From assembly GCA_002633005.1 (NCBI GenBank), contig NMRA01000890.1:44794-108793 (forward strand): a DNA stretch of 64,000 nucleotides. Direction: 5' to 3'. The position numbers and the translations under genes were made by a program. The notes below the pieces were generated by a model. The model was not told the DNA's origin and did no database searches. It worked only from the letters and a program-made list of their open reading frames with translations. How positions within the stretch are numbered: the first letter of the stretch is position 1; the number at the start of each line of letters is the position of its first letter. This document shows positions 37,958-50,485 of this stretch, piece after piece. This DNA is from Phoronis australis. Its lineage: Eukaryota > Animalia > Phoronida.

Positions 37958-40232
37958 TTAAAGGAGCATGCCACCCAAAAACAACTTAATTTGTATCAAT
38001 TTTGATCGAGTAGTTCTACTCCATAACGACACGTACGGTTGCGTTACCTGACACCTGACGGCAGACGGAGGTGTTGAAATTATCCAATGACGTCATCGGT
38101 TTCACACGTTGTCTGTTCAACAGTTCACTGTGTGTCAGCTTATCGCTTGAAGTCATCGTTTAACACCAATACATCATCAAACTTCGATGTAAAATCCTTA
38201 AAAATACACCGAGTTCTTATAAAAAATTGTTGTTTTATTTCGCTCTTACGGATTTATTGGTATTTGGACACACCGTATCCTACAAAGTTCGGTAGGCCAA
38301 TAAGGTCCGTAGCGCAGAATGGTGAATGTTGGCCAATTCCCCTTTTGTCCACTGACGTCACAAGCATACTGGCGCCCCCAGTGGAGGTCCTGAGAACTCT
38401 TAAATAAACCGAGTTCATGAACCCGATAGTATCCAGCCTAGCAACAGCCGAGCCAAGCTGGCGAACAGATTTGTTTTTATTGTGGGACGTTGAGTATCGT
38501 TTTTTCTAAAGACATAATGCATGGAATATAATAATGAATGGCATATAGTATCAATTAATTATGATTGAAAGATTCCTTTTTAGTCGAGCGTAAACGAGGC
38601 TATTTCGCGTGGGGATAAAACTTTGGCTTTGCCGTGTGTAAGACAGAAGAACATTTAGATGGTGTTGCAGGATTGCGAGTATGAATATTCCAATTGTCTT
38701 AATTTATTGGAACAATATTAAATTTCTGAGAGGTATGACATGCAACATTAACTAAAAAACACACTAAAACATAGCAACTCTGGAAAAATCATAAAAAATA
38801 CTTTAACCACAGTAGACAGTATGCTTGTTTACGAGTTCTCAGGGCCTCCACAGGGGGCGCCAGTATGCTTGTGACGTCAGTGCACAAAAGGGGAATTGGC
38901 CAACATTCACCATTCTGTGCCGTAGCAGGAGTTTGGGGTCTGTTCGGAGACGGAAGTATTTTCCGTGAGATATAAACAGGAGAACCTAGATCTGTGTTGT
39001 TTAGACTTATGGTTTTTTGAGTTCTAAACACAAAACGCTTGTTATCCTGGCCACTAGTGGCCCGGTGCCCGATGAGGCCCCTCGCGGCCGGCCGGATTGA
39101 CTCCGAGTCGTTATCCCCGGCCGGCCAGTGGCTCGGAAACTGATCAGACATCACGAACATAAACCAGCCAAAGTTCAGTGGAAACTAAACTTCCAGTCAA
39201 GAAAATACTATACTAGTGAGCCAAAGTAATGTGCACCTGATTATGTTGGTGAATTAGTAACGAAATTGCACTGCTCGTCGGGGGCCGCAAATTAAGGTTT
39301 CGCTTTGGCCACAGCACCGTCAGGGCAGAAGTTGTACATTGACAATCATTATTTGAGTAATGTAAATGTAAATAAAGATTGCCCTAACAACTGGCCGTGG
39401 GATGGAATTCGAGTTTCTGTCAGCAAACACGAAATTAGCATGAGCTCACGCGGCCTCGGTGTCCCGTCAGTTAGTTTATTGCACCTAAAGCCAGTAACGC
39501 AGTGATTTATTCATTGCTGGCTTCTCAAATCATTTGCTCTCACGAACACTCCAAAGGCATTTCAAATTGCATCTAATGAGACAGACTTTGTTTCAGTTTT
39601 ATACTGTATAAGTATTGGTTAGGGTGTTAATAATTCATTTTAAAACAGAACGCTCAGTAATAAACGCCAACATGGCAACTCGCAAGCCCGACTTAGTACG
39701 AGCAAGAGCTCATCAGGCCCGACTTCGCTGATGGGTTGTTAAGTTTTATAGGCTATCAATTCTTACAGGAATGCACTGATGAACAAATACTAGAGAGGCG
39801 CCGTGAACAAGCTCAGACAACGGAACGTATGGAGTTATTTGGTAAGCCGCATTCGTCAGGCACTGTCGACGTCTGCCGGCCACAGACACGGATGTGTTTC
39901 ATGGCCTCATACTTGCTATTTACTGCGTGCATATCATTCTTCACTACCATGAACCACTTCCTAAACATTCCGGACTCTCGAGAAAGGAAAAAAACGATAT
40001 ACCAGCTTTCCTCGCAGCTACTTAGTTCGGACAAGCGGGAACGATGCACCGCAACATAGCGGCATTCACTCTGCATATGAACCACTGACGTCGCTAGTGT
40101 CGTTTCTCACCTTCCTCAAAGGTCAACGCGACACCTCTTGGCAAGGTAAGGTCGACCGTATGCGAGGCGAAGTGGATATAGACGGATTGAGACGGAAAAA
40201 AGTCAACTAAATCGGGTGGAATTCTCCTTTAA
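37958..40232 (+). mobile_element. Kolobok/T2-type element, copy 3 (contains an insertion)
   Basis: TTAA-aggagcatgccaccc ... gggtggaattctcct-TTAA. Confidence 0.9.
38313..38919. mobile_element. 607-bp TIR element with 6-bp TSD CCGTAG, superfamily unassigned
   Basis: About 85-bp TIRs c(g/a)cagaatggtgaatgttggccaattcccc; CCGTAG at 38307-38312 and 38920-38925; the empty site is visible in copy 2 near 27540. Confidence 0.92.
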
Positions 40233-40974
40233 AGTATCTAAGCCACCCTTCTGTGTCGATCTGGATTAACCCAACAAAGAAACAATTTACATGTAAGTGC
40301 TTCAATGAAACCTTGATCACGTGGGTTTACAATGGCACACACTAGTAGAATCAGTGCAGACATTTGCGAAAAAGGGGTAAAAGATTTTCCATGAGGAAAA
40401 ACGTAATGTCTGTGACCAACACACGTATACACACATTAAAGTACATGCTCACTATTAGCCGTAATATTATAAATGTCGAAATTTATTTCCGTGCCATTTT
40501 AGTGTTTATTTTTCGCGGCCGAAGGGGGGCAAGACCCCAACATTAAATCGGGGACCAATGGAGGTGGAACTCACAAGAATCAGAAAAGGCTGTCTTCTGT
40601 CAAACCCGTAGCGCTTATAACGATGACGCCCTGCTCGACCAGTCGTATTTTGAAGAATCCGCAGGACACTATGCAGCACGAACTGGTCTACACATAGGAA
40701 GATCCAAGGGGGTCAAGGGGTCCGGACTCCCTTTTTGCTCGATTTTACTGAGATCAAATCTATAATCTTCAAATTGTCGAATTGGTCCCCACTTTTAAAA
40801 ACTCCAATTAAAACTGATTTAGACCAGGTCTAAATAGGAGTTAAACCAGGTTTTACTAGACCACTGGTCTAAAAGTTAAGCCACTTTATGAAATGCAGAT
40901 TATCTTTAAGCCTGGCCTAAGTCCAGTTTCAACCAGGTTTAACTTTAAACCACCTTTATGAAATCGGCTGTATA

Positions 40975-41705
40975 AGTCTAAGTGATATGGCTCAATTTCG
41001 GGAGTGCCGACCATTTTGGTCAAAGTCATTCGAGGAGGCATTTTGAGAAGTTTGAACCAGTACGTGATCACGGCAACATAGTGATTAGTGAAATAACGGC
41101 AACCGCCGATATGCGCTCAGTGCAGCATTATTTCAGCATGAATTTCTACACCCAATACACGCCTGCAAAATTTAATTTGCACTTGTTCTAACCAGTTGTA
41201 TTCTTGTAAGCCCCATATTTCGGCTCCATATCATCAACCGGGGTAAATTATTTTATCAAATGTCTCATAAGCCACACGTGGTTGAAATATGGTCCAGCTT
41301 CTTTGTAGCTTATCGACTGTAATGGCTACCTCCGTGGCTTGGGCTGACAGGGTCTGAGCAGCCTTAGTCCACAATAACTTTGGCGTTAACACAACACCAA
41401 GATACTTGTAGCTGGCATGGAAATCACTTCGAGGTTTTCACATCCAAAACACCACATCTTACAATTTCTCAAGGGACCTCCGTTTCTAAACACCATAACT
41501 GTGGTCTTCACTAAATTTACAGACACGCTCCATTCCTGGCAGAACTTACTTAAAGCACACAGTAGTTTTTGCAGTTTAACTGGATATTAAGTTCACAAAG
41601 CCATATCATCAGCATAATACATGTACAAAACTTTCACATCGGAAACATTTTGACATAGATGAATACCATCATCATTACTAGAATGGATACCTTCTACAAA
41701 GTCTT
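40975..41705 (-). mobile_element. Degenerate LINE reverse transcriptase fragment (RTE/CR1-type)
   Basis: YADDMAL...LQKLLCALSKFCQEWSVSVNLVKTTVMVFRNGG...YKYLGVVLTPKLLW on the minus strand. Confidence 0.85.
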
Positions 41706-42585
41706 TAGGTTTTTAAGTAATCACCATGAACTCCAATAATAAACTTTCAAAGACAAGTGACTGTGTAGACTCGATTCGACACTTGCTCTGTAATGAAACC
41801 TTGGACAAATGTTGTATTGAAACAAATGCTCAAATTTTACATAATGTTAAACTCGATAGTTGTTTTTTTTTGTAAATTGCATAGAAAATTAATTGTGCCA
41901 CAGTAACAATTTACATGTTTGACACGTTTTCACGTGATGTGACCAACATACATTCGTACATGTATGACCTGTGTGGAGACATAAATGTATGAATACAGTG
42001 CCTTCAACAATTTGCTTATCAATATAATGGAGCTTCCCAGGTTGTACACGTGCGTCTGTTGATGTTAATTTTGCTTTTAATACTCGTTTTAATAGATTAA
42101 ATAGAAAATTCGCACATACACGTGCAGTTGTACAAATTTACTTTACTATTTAGACCGATTTATAGCAACACTTTACATATCACTTTTGGCTATGGATATT
42201 CTCATGTTACGACCGGTAGGGTTCACGTTAATCACGGGCGGGCAGAACCTGATACTGGAAAGCAATAAAAGTTCCTGAATCGAAAGTTGACAGACAGGAA
42301 ACAAAAAACACACTCGCCTATCCGTTTGAGAGACCAAGACCCATAAGGCAATTCTCTGTTCACGAATCAAGACTGACGGACGACCTGTATCTAACTTCGT
42401 CGTAGCCCCCATGCGGTTTAGTTTTTCAAAGTCTCCATTCATATGCAATGCCCTCGAAGATCTCTCCCGTTTATTCACTGCAAGATGACATGTGGCACGA
42501 TTTTCCATTGAGAACACTCTTTTGGTATTCAGTATCTCTAAAAGGCGAGTTTATTGATCTGGATTGTGTAATGACGTGGTTACCT

Positions 42586-42738
42586 GGCGTGCGTTCAGTA
42601 GACGCTAGGACATACGCTAGGACCTAGCTAAAACGTAGTTAAAGTCATGTGTTCTTATTTAAAATTCACGGCAATATCTCACGTAATCTCGCGAAGTCTT
42701 GCTTTTTAGCGAGGTCCTAGCGTTACTGAACGGGAGGC
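42586..42738. mobile_element. Short TIR MITE, copy 2
   Basis: Homologous to 8348-8518. Confidence 0.75.
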
Positions 42739-43257
42739 TGGTTGTTGCACTTCGATCACTTGGTGTGCTTGTAGTTCATTGGAAAGCGCAATAACCCCTC
42801 CTGAGAAGTATTAGCATGACCCTTGAATGTTTCCCATTGAGTGGGTCGGCCTGTTGTTTCAGATTGCGGCCATTTCCTTGAAAGCGGTCACCGTGAGGAG
42901 ATGATGTCTTACCCGATACATGAAGGACGATACAGGTGCGTAACTTCTGTCATTAATTACATTTTTGTCTGGCTGACTGCTGTTACAGTTATCCACCTGT
43001 GGCAACTGTTTGGTGTACAGGTAGCTGTAATACGAATATGTTTTAAGTTTCGGCTGTATTTGACAGCAGTTTTACTTTAAGTCATACTCATACATTAGTG
43101 TTCGGATAGTGATGACGCACATTTATTCAAATGGATATTCACTGAGAAGACTATGGCTTTAAGAGAACAACTGCTGTCCGTGTAAATACTTTGAATATAC
43201 ATTTGAATTTTTGTATTTCTGTATGAGTATGCAAAGCCTACGATGTACAGTAAGTGA

Positions 43258-43297
<40 letters not shown>
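43258..43297. repeat. (TAT)n microsatellite
   Basis: Direct observation. Confidence 0.97.
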
Positions 43298-45989
43298 GTT
43301 AAATGGATATATCTATCCATTTACATTGTATCAAATGTATTATCATTAGCTTGCCCTAGACGTTTGTCACTTGACTTGCCGAATTTAACGCTCTTTCTAA
43401 TCCCGACTAACAATTGTACTCACATACTAACTGGGGCCCTAACATGTGACACGTTTTATGGACTACGGATCCTAATGTATCTGCCTTGGTTTTTGTGTCC
43501 CGGTGTTTTGTGCAATAGGGCAGACGCTAAGCCGACGAGTGTGCAGGTTTTAGCAACACTTGCCATTTAGTCTAAAATGACATTTGGCAGGTGCTTTTCG
43601 ATCTTGATTTAGGGCATAAATTCAACAAGTAATAAAGTAACGGGTTATTTTTATGCATTCTCCTTAGTTGCATTGGATTCTGGTCGTTGTCAGATAAAGC
43701 AATGCCCCCTGGAATTTTGGAATGCTAGCTCACATCTTGAAAATGCGCCTTTATTTTTCGAGATTTCGGCTTGGGTACCGGCATGTTAATTTTCTTGGCT
43801 CATCGAGCACTGACCAATGACACATAGAACTCGATGTGAAAGTAGCCATTGTCCCCCGGGAAAAATTGTACGGCTTGCGTGTATTTGAATGAAGCACCCG
43901 CTAATCCACTGATTAACGTGCCAGTACACCGACATTTAAATACATGCAGCCAGAACATTCTCTGCAGGGGGACAATCACAGCTACCACACCAGGACACAT
44001 AGAACTCCGTCCGATGCAATGAAAACTGGTCATACCGAAGCCGGGACACGTACATGTTCATGTGTAGAATCCCGATATGAATAAAACGGGAACACATCAG
44101 GATGACCCCCAACATATGGATCAGAACAATGGTTCCCGTGATCGATAACTGCTTTGGTAGATTGTTCAATTAATCTCGAAGTGTCAACTTGAAAACAATA
44201 GTTGATTTGCCGATTGTCTGTAAATTTCATTACTGCACGTTTTTGTCTATTTGCACGCCATACCCATACATAAACGACAAGCTACTGTACGACCCTCGGA
44301 TAACCAAGACGGAAGAAAGGTGGAAGACGAAAATTAAGAAGATAATCTAACATGGGCTGTATGTAACCTAACGTTGGTTGCGTGTCATACTGTATTAGTA
44401 TAAATAGGGTACAGCTCGACACTCCAAAGTTTCACAAGTTCTAACTCTCATAATACTACAAATGAATAAAAAGGCATTATAAGGCCGAAGTGTCACAAAT
44501 CCGACAGAAAGAAAAAAAAATAGTTAGTTCGAAACTAGACCGAAGGTCTACGATGCCAGAAACCAGATATTCAAAGTCAACGACAGCCAAGCAGCAAAAT
44601 TTTGGGGACGATTAACCATACTTGGACCATGTAAATAACTACAGCAACTCAGTGAATCGCCCAACTTCATGTTTGGATCCCGTTTTGAGAGGCACAGGCT
44701 CTTCGAAGAACTAGTTTCAAGCAGCCGTGTGCAAATAAATCCCTGAACGTTTTGCTCAAAATCACTGTTCGCAACCTAATGTCATGAAAGTTCAAACTTA
44801 TAACCTTCGGTGGGTTTTCGTAATTGTGTTGATAAGTCTTCAGATTTATGGATTTTTAGATTTACAAACTTTGCGACCCATGAATACCTTAATTTTATAT
44901 AAACTCTGTACACATTTCTTTCTCACTTGAAGTTTTCAATTCAGGTCATATAAGGTTGATCACTTATTAGTGTGCAAATTTTAGCGACTTGGCAAGTCGT
45001 CGAACAAGTGGACTTTGGCTGTCTAGTGTGCTATTTACCTACGGCACCTGACGTCGCGGGCAGTTACAGTGTACCAAAAGTGCAGCAGGACCACTAACAC
45101 GAATGACACCAGGGCCAAAGACATGGTGCCGTTCAGCTGTAAATCAGTATCCTGGCAGTTACCAGTTTTGACTACACGTGTGCACTCATTTGAGCCATCA
45201 AAACTTGATCAATCACTTGTTTTATTTGGAAAAGCGAAGTGAAAAACCTACTTCAGGAATACGTCTATATTCAAGTACACGGCTTCACAACTGGTTTCAG
45301 TGCAGTCTCTCAAAAATTGAGTTGGTAATTGTATAACTGGGAGATCTTGTCGATATAAAATACACTATAGGTCCTCAGTTCGGGTCGCCTGTATTATATT
45401 CCTTCTCGGAAGTGAACTACATTTAGTCTTAATTGCTGTATCTTATTTGAGCGACTTTGTCATTTGTTAAATAGCTGGGCTTTGTTTATCATTAAAAGGA
45501 TACCAAACTCGGTTTTGGCCTACTTACACATACTAAAAAGACTTTCCTCATCCAGTTCTCTGAAACAAAATAATGCTTTGTAACTTATCGCCAACCCTCA
45601 AAAGTCTGGAGGAAATTTTGAAAACTTCTAACAAATTCTGCTGAACGGGCAAGCGTGACCTACGCTTTTAGCAAGTTACACAGCCCCTTTGGAAAAGACC
45701 AACCGTCAAGGACCATAACGTGCAATTTATGAGATAGGTAGTATAAGGTTTTTCAGTTGGTTCCTGCTTTTATTTTGGAAGATTGACACTAAAGATGCAA
45801 AGCAGGTGACAGAAAGTGGATTGGTTGGCATCTTCGATATACATGTAAGTTTATCATCCTTACGGGACCATACAGGACCACGACGTCACGACGGGTTACA
45901 GTGCATCAAAAAGTTCTGCAGTACCACTAATACGACTGACAACAGAGGTGAAAAATGTATTACCGTTCAACTTCCATGAGAAAAAACAC

Positions 45990-47311
45990 TTAAGAGTGAC
46001 TCCATATAAAAACCAACAGGTAGAGTCTATACCCAAAATCACCGAATTTTTTGAAACTTAGCACATGAGTTTGGTTTGTTGAGAAGTAGAAAAACCTCAC
46101 TTTTTAAAAATTTTCATTCATTATTTTTCTTTTTATGACCTGTACCTCCATTTTGCAACAAAATTGGGCGTCAAAGTAGGCATGTTTGAATGCATTTTAA
46201 TAGCATGTATGATACGGTCAAAACTAATGAATAAAATGAATTGAAAGGGCAATGGCTGAATAACTTAATGGCATAACTTCCAAAATCCATTTTTAACTTT
46301 ATACGTTTTGAATTTGTGAGGCAAAAATGGCTATTTTTCAGGTTTTCACTGAAGCCATTTTCGGCCACATTTGGCACTCTGTAGCAGCCATAACGCACCT
46401 TTCCTGAAATTGACTTTATAATAATTTGTTAAGTCATTCCTAACCTGTTCATAATCTAAAATAAAAAATCTTGCCTCTAATGTAGTTTTTGCGTACGAAG
46501 CATTATACGAACTGCACTTCGTGCTTTTGCGTGTTCTCAGTTGCCTCTGCTGCCAATAGGGGGCTCTTGGAACATATAATTAGCTTGCGAAACATGACAT
46601 AAAAACTTCGTATTTTGGAGAATAGGCAGACAGCATTATTAATTACCATTCTATGAAAACGACATTGATGATTAATACTTATTACAAAAAATTGTACGTA
46701 AATCAACTGGCATGCGTGCTTCTAAATGATAGATGGCGCTGCTTTTGTTTACGTGGAGACTGAAGACGCATCTCATAGAATAAGAGCAGTAACACGAGGA
46801 CCTTGCTATAATTCAAGACTTCGCGAGATGTTGCCGTGTATTTTAAATGTGAACACGTGGTTTTGGATAAATTTTAGAGAGGTTCTAGTGTTACTGAACT
46901 CACCCCTGCCTTGTTTTCTATCTGCCTTGTTCGTGCCACAGGCAAAGGAAGGCACCCAAGGTGGATATGCCCCGGCCCCTAGTGTTCAGTGCAAAAAATC
47001 CTTCAACTTGTCAATAGTCATTGTAACTTTGGGTTCATATTGTAATGTCGCTGCTGGTTGCTANNNNNNNNNNNNNNNNNNNNNNNNNNNNNNNNNNNNN
47101 NNNNNNNNNNNNNNNNNNNNNNATGCCCAATTGTGCCAATTTGTGTTATCATGCTCCAGCGGCGAAATTAGGGGTCATTGAGTGCACAAAATTTGGCATT
47201 TGGGTTTTTGTTAGGATACCTACCCATGTACAAATAATGAAGTTGTTTTAAATTTTGACGTATAGACTGATTTTTGAAAATCTACTGGTTTTTATATGGA
47301 CTGCCTCTTAA
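45990..47311. mobile_element. Non-autonomous TIR element with TTAA TSD and GAG...CTC ends (Sola3-like)
   Basis: TTAA-gagtgactccatataaaaacca ... tggtttttatatggactgcctc-TTAA; contains an N gap. Confidence 0.75.
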
Positions 47312-48469
47312 AATGTTTTACACTTCAGTGACAAGTTTGTTGGGGCATCTTTTTACTTTCGTAACCAAATTTCTTTCAACGTATACTTCACAATATGAAA
47401 TACACTCACCTCGGCTCATGTATGTTAAATTCGTCCTCGAATGTTGATTGGAATTTATTGCCAAGAATGCGATTTTACCTAATTGTTTTACAAAATCAAA
47501 TATTTTAACTCCTTAAATGTTTATTTTATGGGAAACTAGAAACTTAAGTAAAATTTGAAATTTCGCTTTTTACTTGTCTGATATTCATAATGATTGCCTC
47601 ACAACAATATTTCCCGTAAAATTTATCAAAAAAGAAAAGAAAAGCACAGTAATAGCAAAACAACGGTATCGACAACAAGTTCGATTTTCATTTGATGAAA
47701 ATGTTCCAAGACGTAATCTCAAAAAACTATTAATGCTCTAAAACATCATGATTTTAGTTTGAATTCATTTTGTAAACGGTGTTTAAGTCCTTGGATTTCG
47801 AAGTTTTACATAAATCTTGACAGCTATTTCTGAGATATAAAACTTCAAAGTTGAGGAAATGTACACGATTTTGAAGCTTCAACTGGCAGTGCACCCGGCC
47901 AAGATGTTGCTGAACCACCAACACAAAATGACACCAGAGTCTGAAAGGTAAAAAATCCCAGGAGTTGCCTCTTACGTGAGGGCGTGCACCATGAGATCCT
48001 GTCTTACCCGTAAATGAAGGGCGATAAAGGTGTGTAACTTTCGTTACTGATAACATTTTTGTCTGGATGATACTTACAATGTACAGTTACAAATGCACGG
48101 TGTCCAGAAAATTGGGTTGTACTCAAGTATTAGTGTTTGGGTTGCGATGACGCATACGTACTTCGAATAGATAAAGCTCTCCATCCATCATATCTATTAC
48201 CATTTGCTTGCACAAAGCGTTTGTTACTTTTCTTGCTGGTACATTCGCGTTGACGCTAACACTCCTTTTAATCCCTATTAACAATTGCACTAACATACTA
48301 ACACCAATCCTAACATATCAAGAAATACAGCATGAATAAATCCAAAAGACGTTCAAGGCCACAAAATGCATGCTGAGTGGTGTTATTTGAATTCCTCTCC
48401 AAATGCCAAGATCAAATGGAGCTGAACAGTGGTTCCCGTGATCGATTACTACCGTGGCAGGGATAAGGA

Positions 48470-49928
48470 TTTTTATGCGCCCACATATTTATATGCGGAC
48501 GCATTATGCCGTCATCTCCGTCCGTCCGTCCGGGCGGCGTCCGGCGTCCGGCGTCCGCTGCTTTATCTCCAAAACCCTTTGACATACGTTCATGAAATTT
48601 GTCACATGTGTTTTACTCATAAATGGGACGGCATATGCGGACTTTCGGACGGATCCGATTACCGGTGTGCCCCCTAGTGGCAATTTTAATTTTTTACGCT
48701 TACCTTTGTATCTTCAAAAGTCTTGAACGGATTTTCATGAAATTTGGTATGTAGGCACCAATTATTGAGATGACGCGATCTTCCTGTTTTCAGATGGATT
48801 GGACATAGTTTGCGCCACCTAGTGGCCATTTGTCCTGTTTTCGAGTCTGTATTTTTGCGTCCACCCCTCTATCAACCAAACAGCTCAAAGGATGATTGTG
48901 AAAATTGGCGTGTATGTGCTTACTATAAAGAGGATAGCTGACAATGATTTTCAGACGATTTGGACTACTGTGGCGCCTCCTAGTGGCAGTTCTGTTTTTT
49001 TTTTGCGCCCATGGCTGTATCTCCTAAACCGTTCGCTGGATCTTTACGAAATTCAATAAGTGTATTTATATTATGTTAACAACAGACGATGGCGACTTTT
49101 GGATGGATCCGCCTACCAGTGTGCCCCCTAGTGGCAATTCTATTTTTTACGTTTACCTCTGTATCTTCACAAGTCCTTAACAGATTTTCACCTATTAGTG
49201 CGATGACGCTATCCTCCCGTTTTCGGATGGATTCAACCTAGTTTGCGATACCCAGTGGCCATTTTTACTGTTTTTGAGTCTGTTTTTTGGCGTCCACCCC
49301 TCTATCACCCAAACCGCTATAAGTATGATTGTGAAAATTGGCTTGTATGTTCTTACTATGAAGAGGACGGTTGACGCTGAATTTCCCATGACTTTGATTA
49401 CTGTGGCGCCTCCTAGTGGCAGTTTTTTTTGCGCCCATGGCTGTATCTCCCAAACCGTTTGCAGGATCTTTACTAAATTTAGCAAGTGTATTTATGTGAT
49501 GTTGACAACGGACGATGACGACTTTTGGATGAATCTGACTACCGGTATGCCTGTAGTGGCAATTTTAGTATTTACAGGTCTTCAGGTGTATACTTTGTGT
49601 TACTTCGTGACTATGAAGGAAAAGTTCCAAGTAGAAATTTGTTTCTGGCATTCTAATGCTGTGCTAATCTCGTATGTTGGTAAATTTGTTTTTAATTCTG
49701 TGTTTCTGTGGTGCTTTAAGCAACTGGTTTATAGGATGTGCTTGTATTATGAAGATCACTCACATTTTGCCCCTAGCCTATTGAGGAGACCATGACCATG
49801 CCTTTCCATTTTGCAAAGTACAACATACTACATACAGTATATTCCCTCTACTGGCCACTTTATGGTACCAATAAACAACCCTAGAAGGATACCGTATGCG
49901 CATTTCAACGCTCTGCGTTGCTCTTGTT
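48470..49928 (+). mobile_element. Helentron-associated non-autonomous element (HINE/DINE-1-like), full length
   Basis: 5' tttttatgcgcccac, (CCGT)n microsatellite, ~150-bp internal tandem repeats, 3' gcgcat plus hairpin caacgc-tct-gcgttg plus ctcttgtt; inserted in a T run with no TSD. Confidence 0.88.
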
Positions 49929-50485
49929 TAATTAGTTTCTAAATGGCAAATTGAAACCATATTTGATTTATCGATTGTTTGTAAATTTTATCAATGAACG
50001 TTTTCGTTTATTTACTTACCATGCCCGCGCCACAACGAAACGATCTAACTCTCGGATAACCAAGACGGATGAAGAAGCATGAAAGACTGAAAATTAACAA
50101 CCGAAGATTAAAATTTAGAAGAATATTTAAAGTAGCGTGCAAGTCACAGCGCATTAGTATAAATAAGATGGAGCTCGATACTCCGAAGGTTCGCAAGCCT
50201 GAAGGCAAGCTATGTAACATTGAATGATTTTTTTAAAATACCTTATCAGGCAAATAAAAACGTTTCTAAAAACACCCCTATCAAACTGATAGTAAAACAA
50301 CTAATATTCTTTCAGACTTGTGTTGATCTTCGGATTTATTTACTTGTCGACTTGTAAACTTTCGAAGCCATGAATTCCGTAATGTCATACCTTCCGCCCA
50401 CAATTGTTCTCACTTGTAGTTTTCAATTCAGATCATATGGGTTCAATGTTTCGAGGGGATTAACTTCTTTCGAACCTGATTATAG

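Larger units (their letters stand above)
37814..40968. mobile_element. Harbinger-like MITE interrupted by nested insertions
   Basis: Inverted ends gccgacttcataaatgtggttta / taaaccacctttatgaaatcggc, with subterminal accagg/cctggt repeats on both arms. Confidence 0.7.

Noticed and set aside
42173-42517. 114-aa minus-strand ORF
   Set aside because: No recognisable motif and no partner exons.
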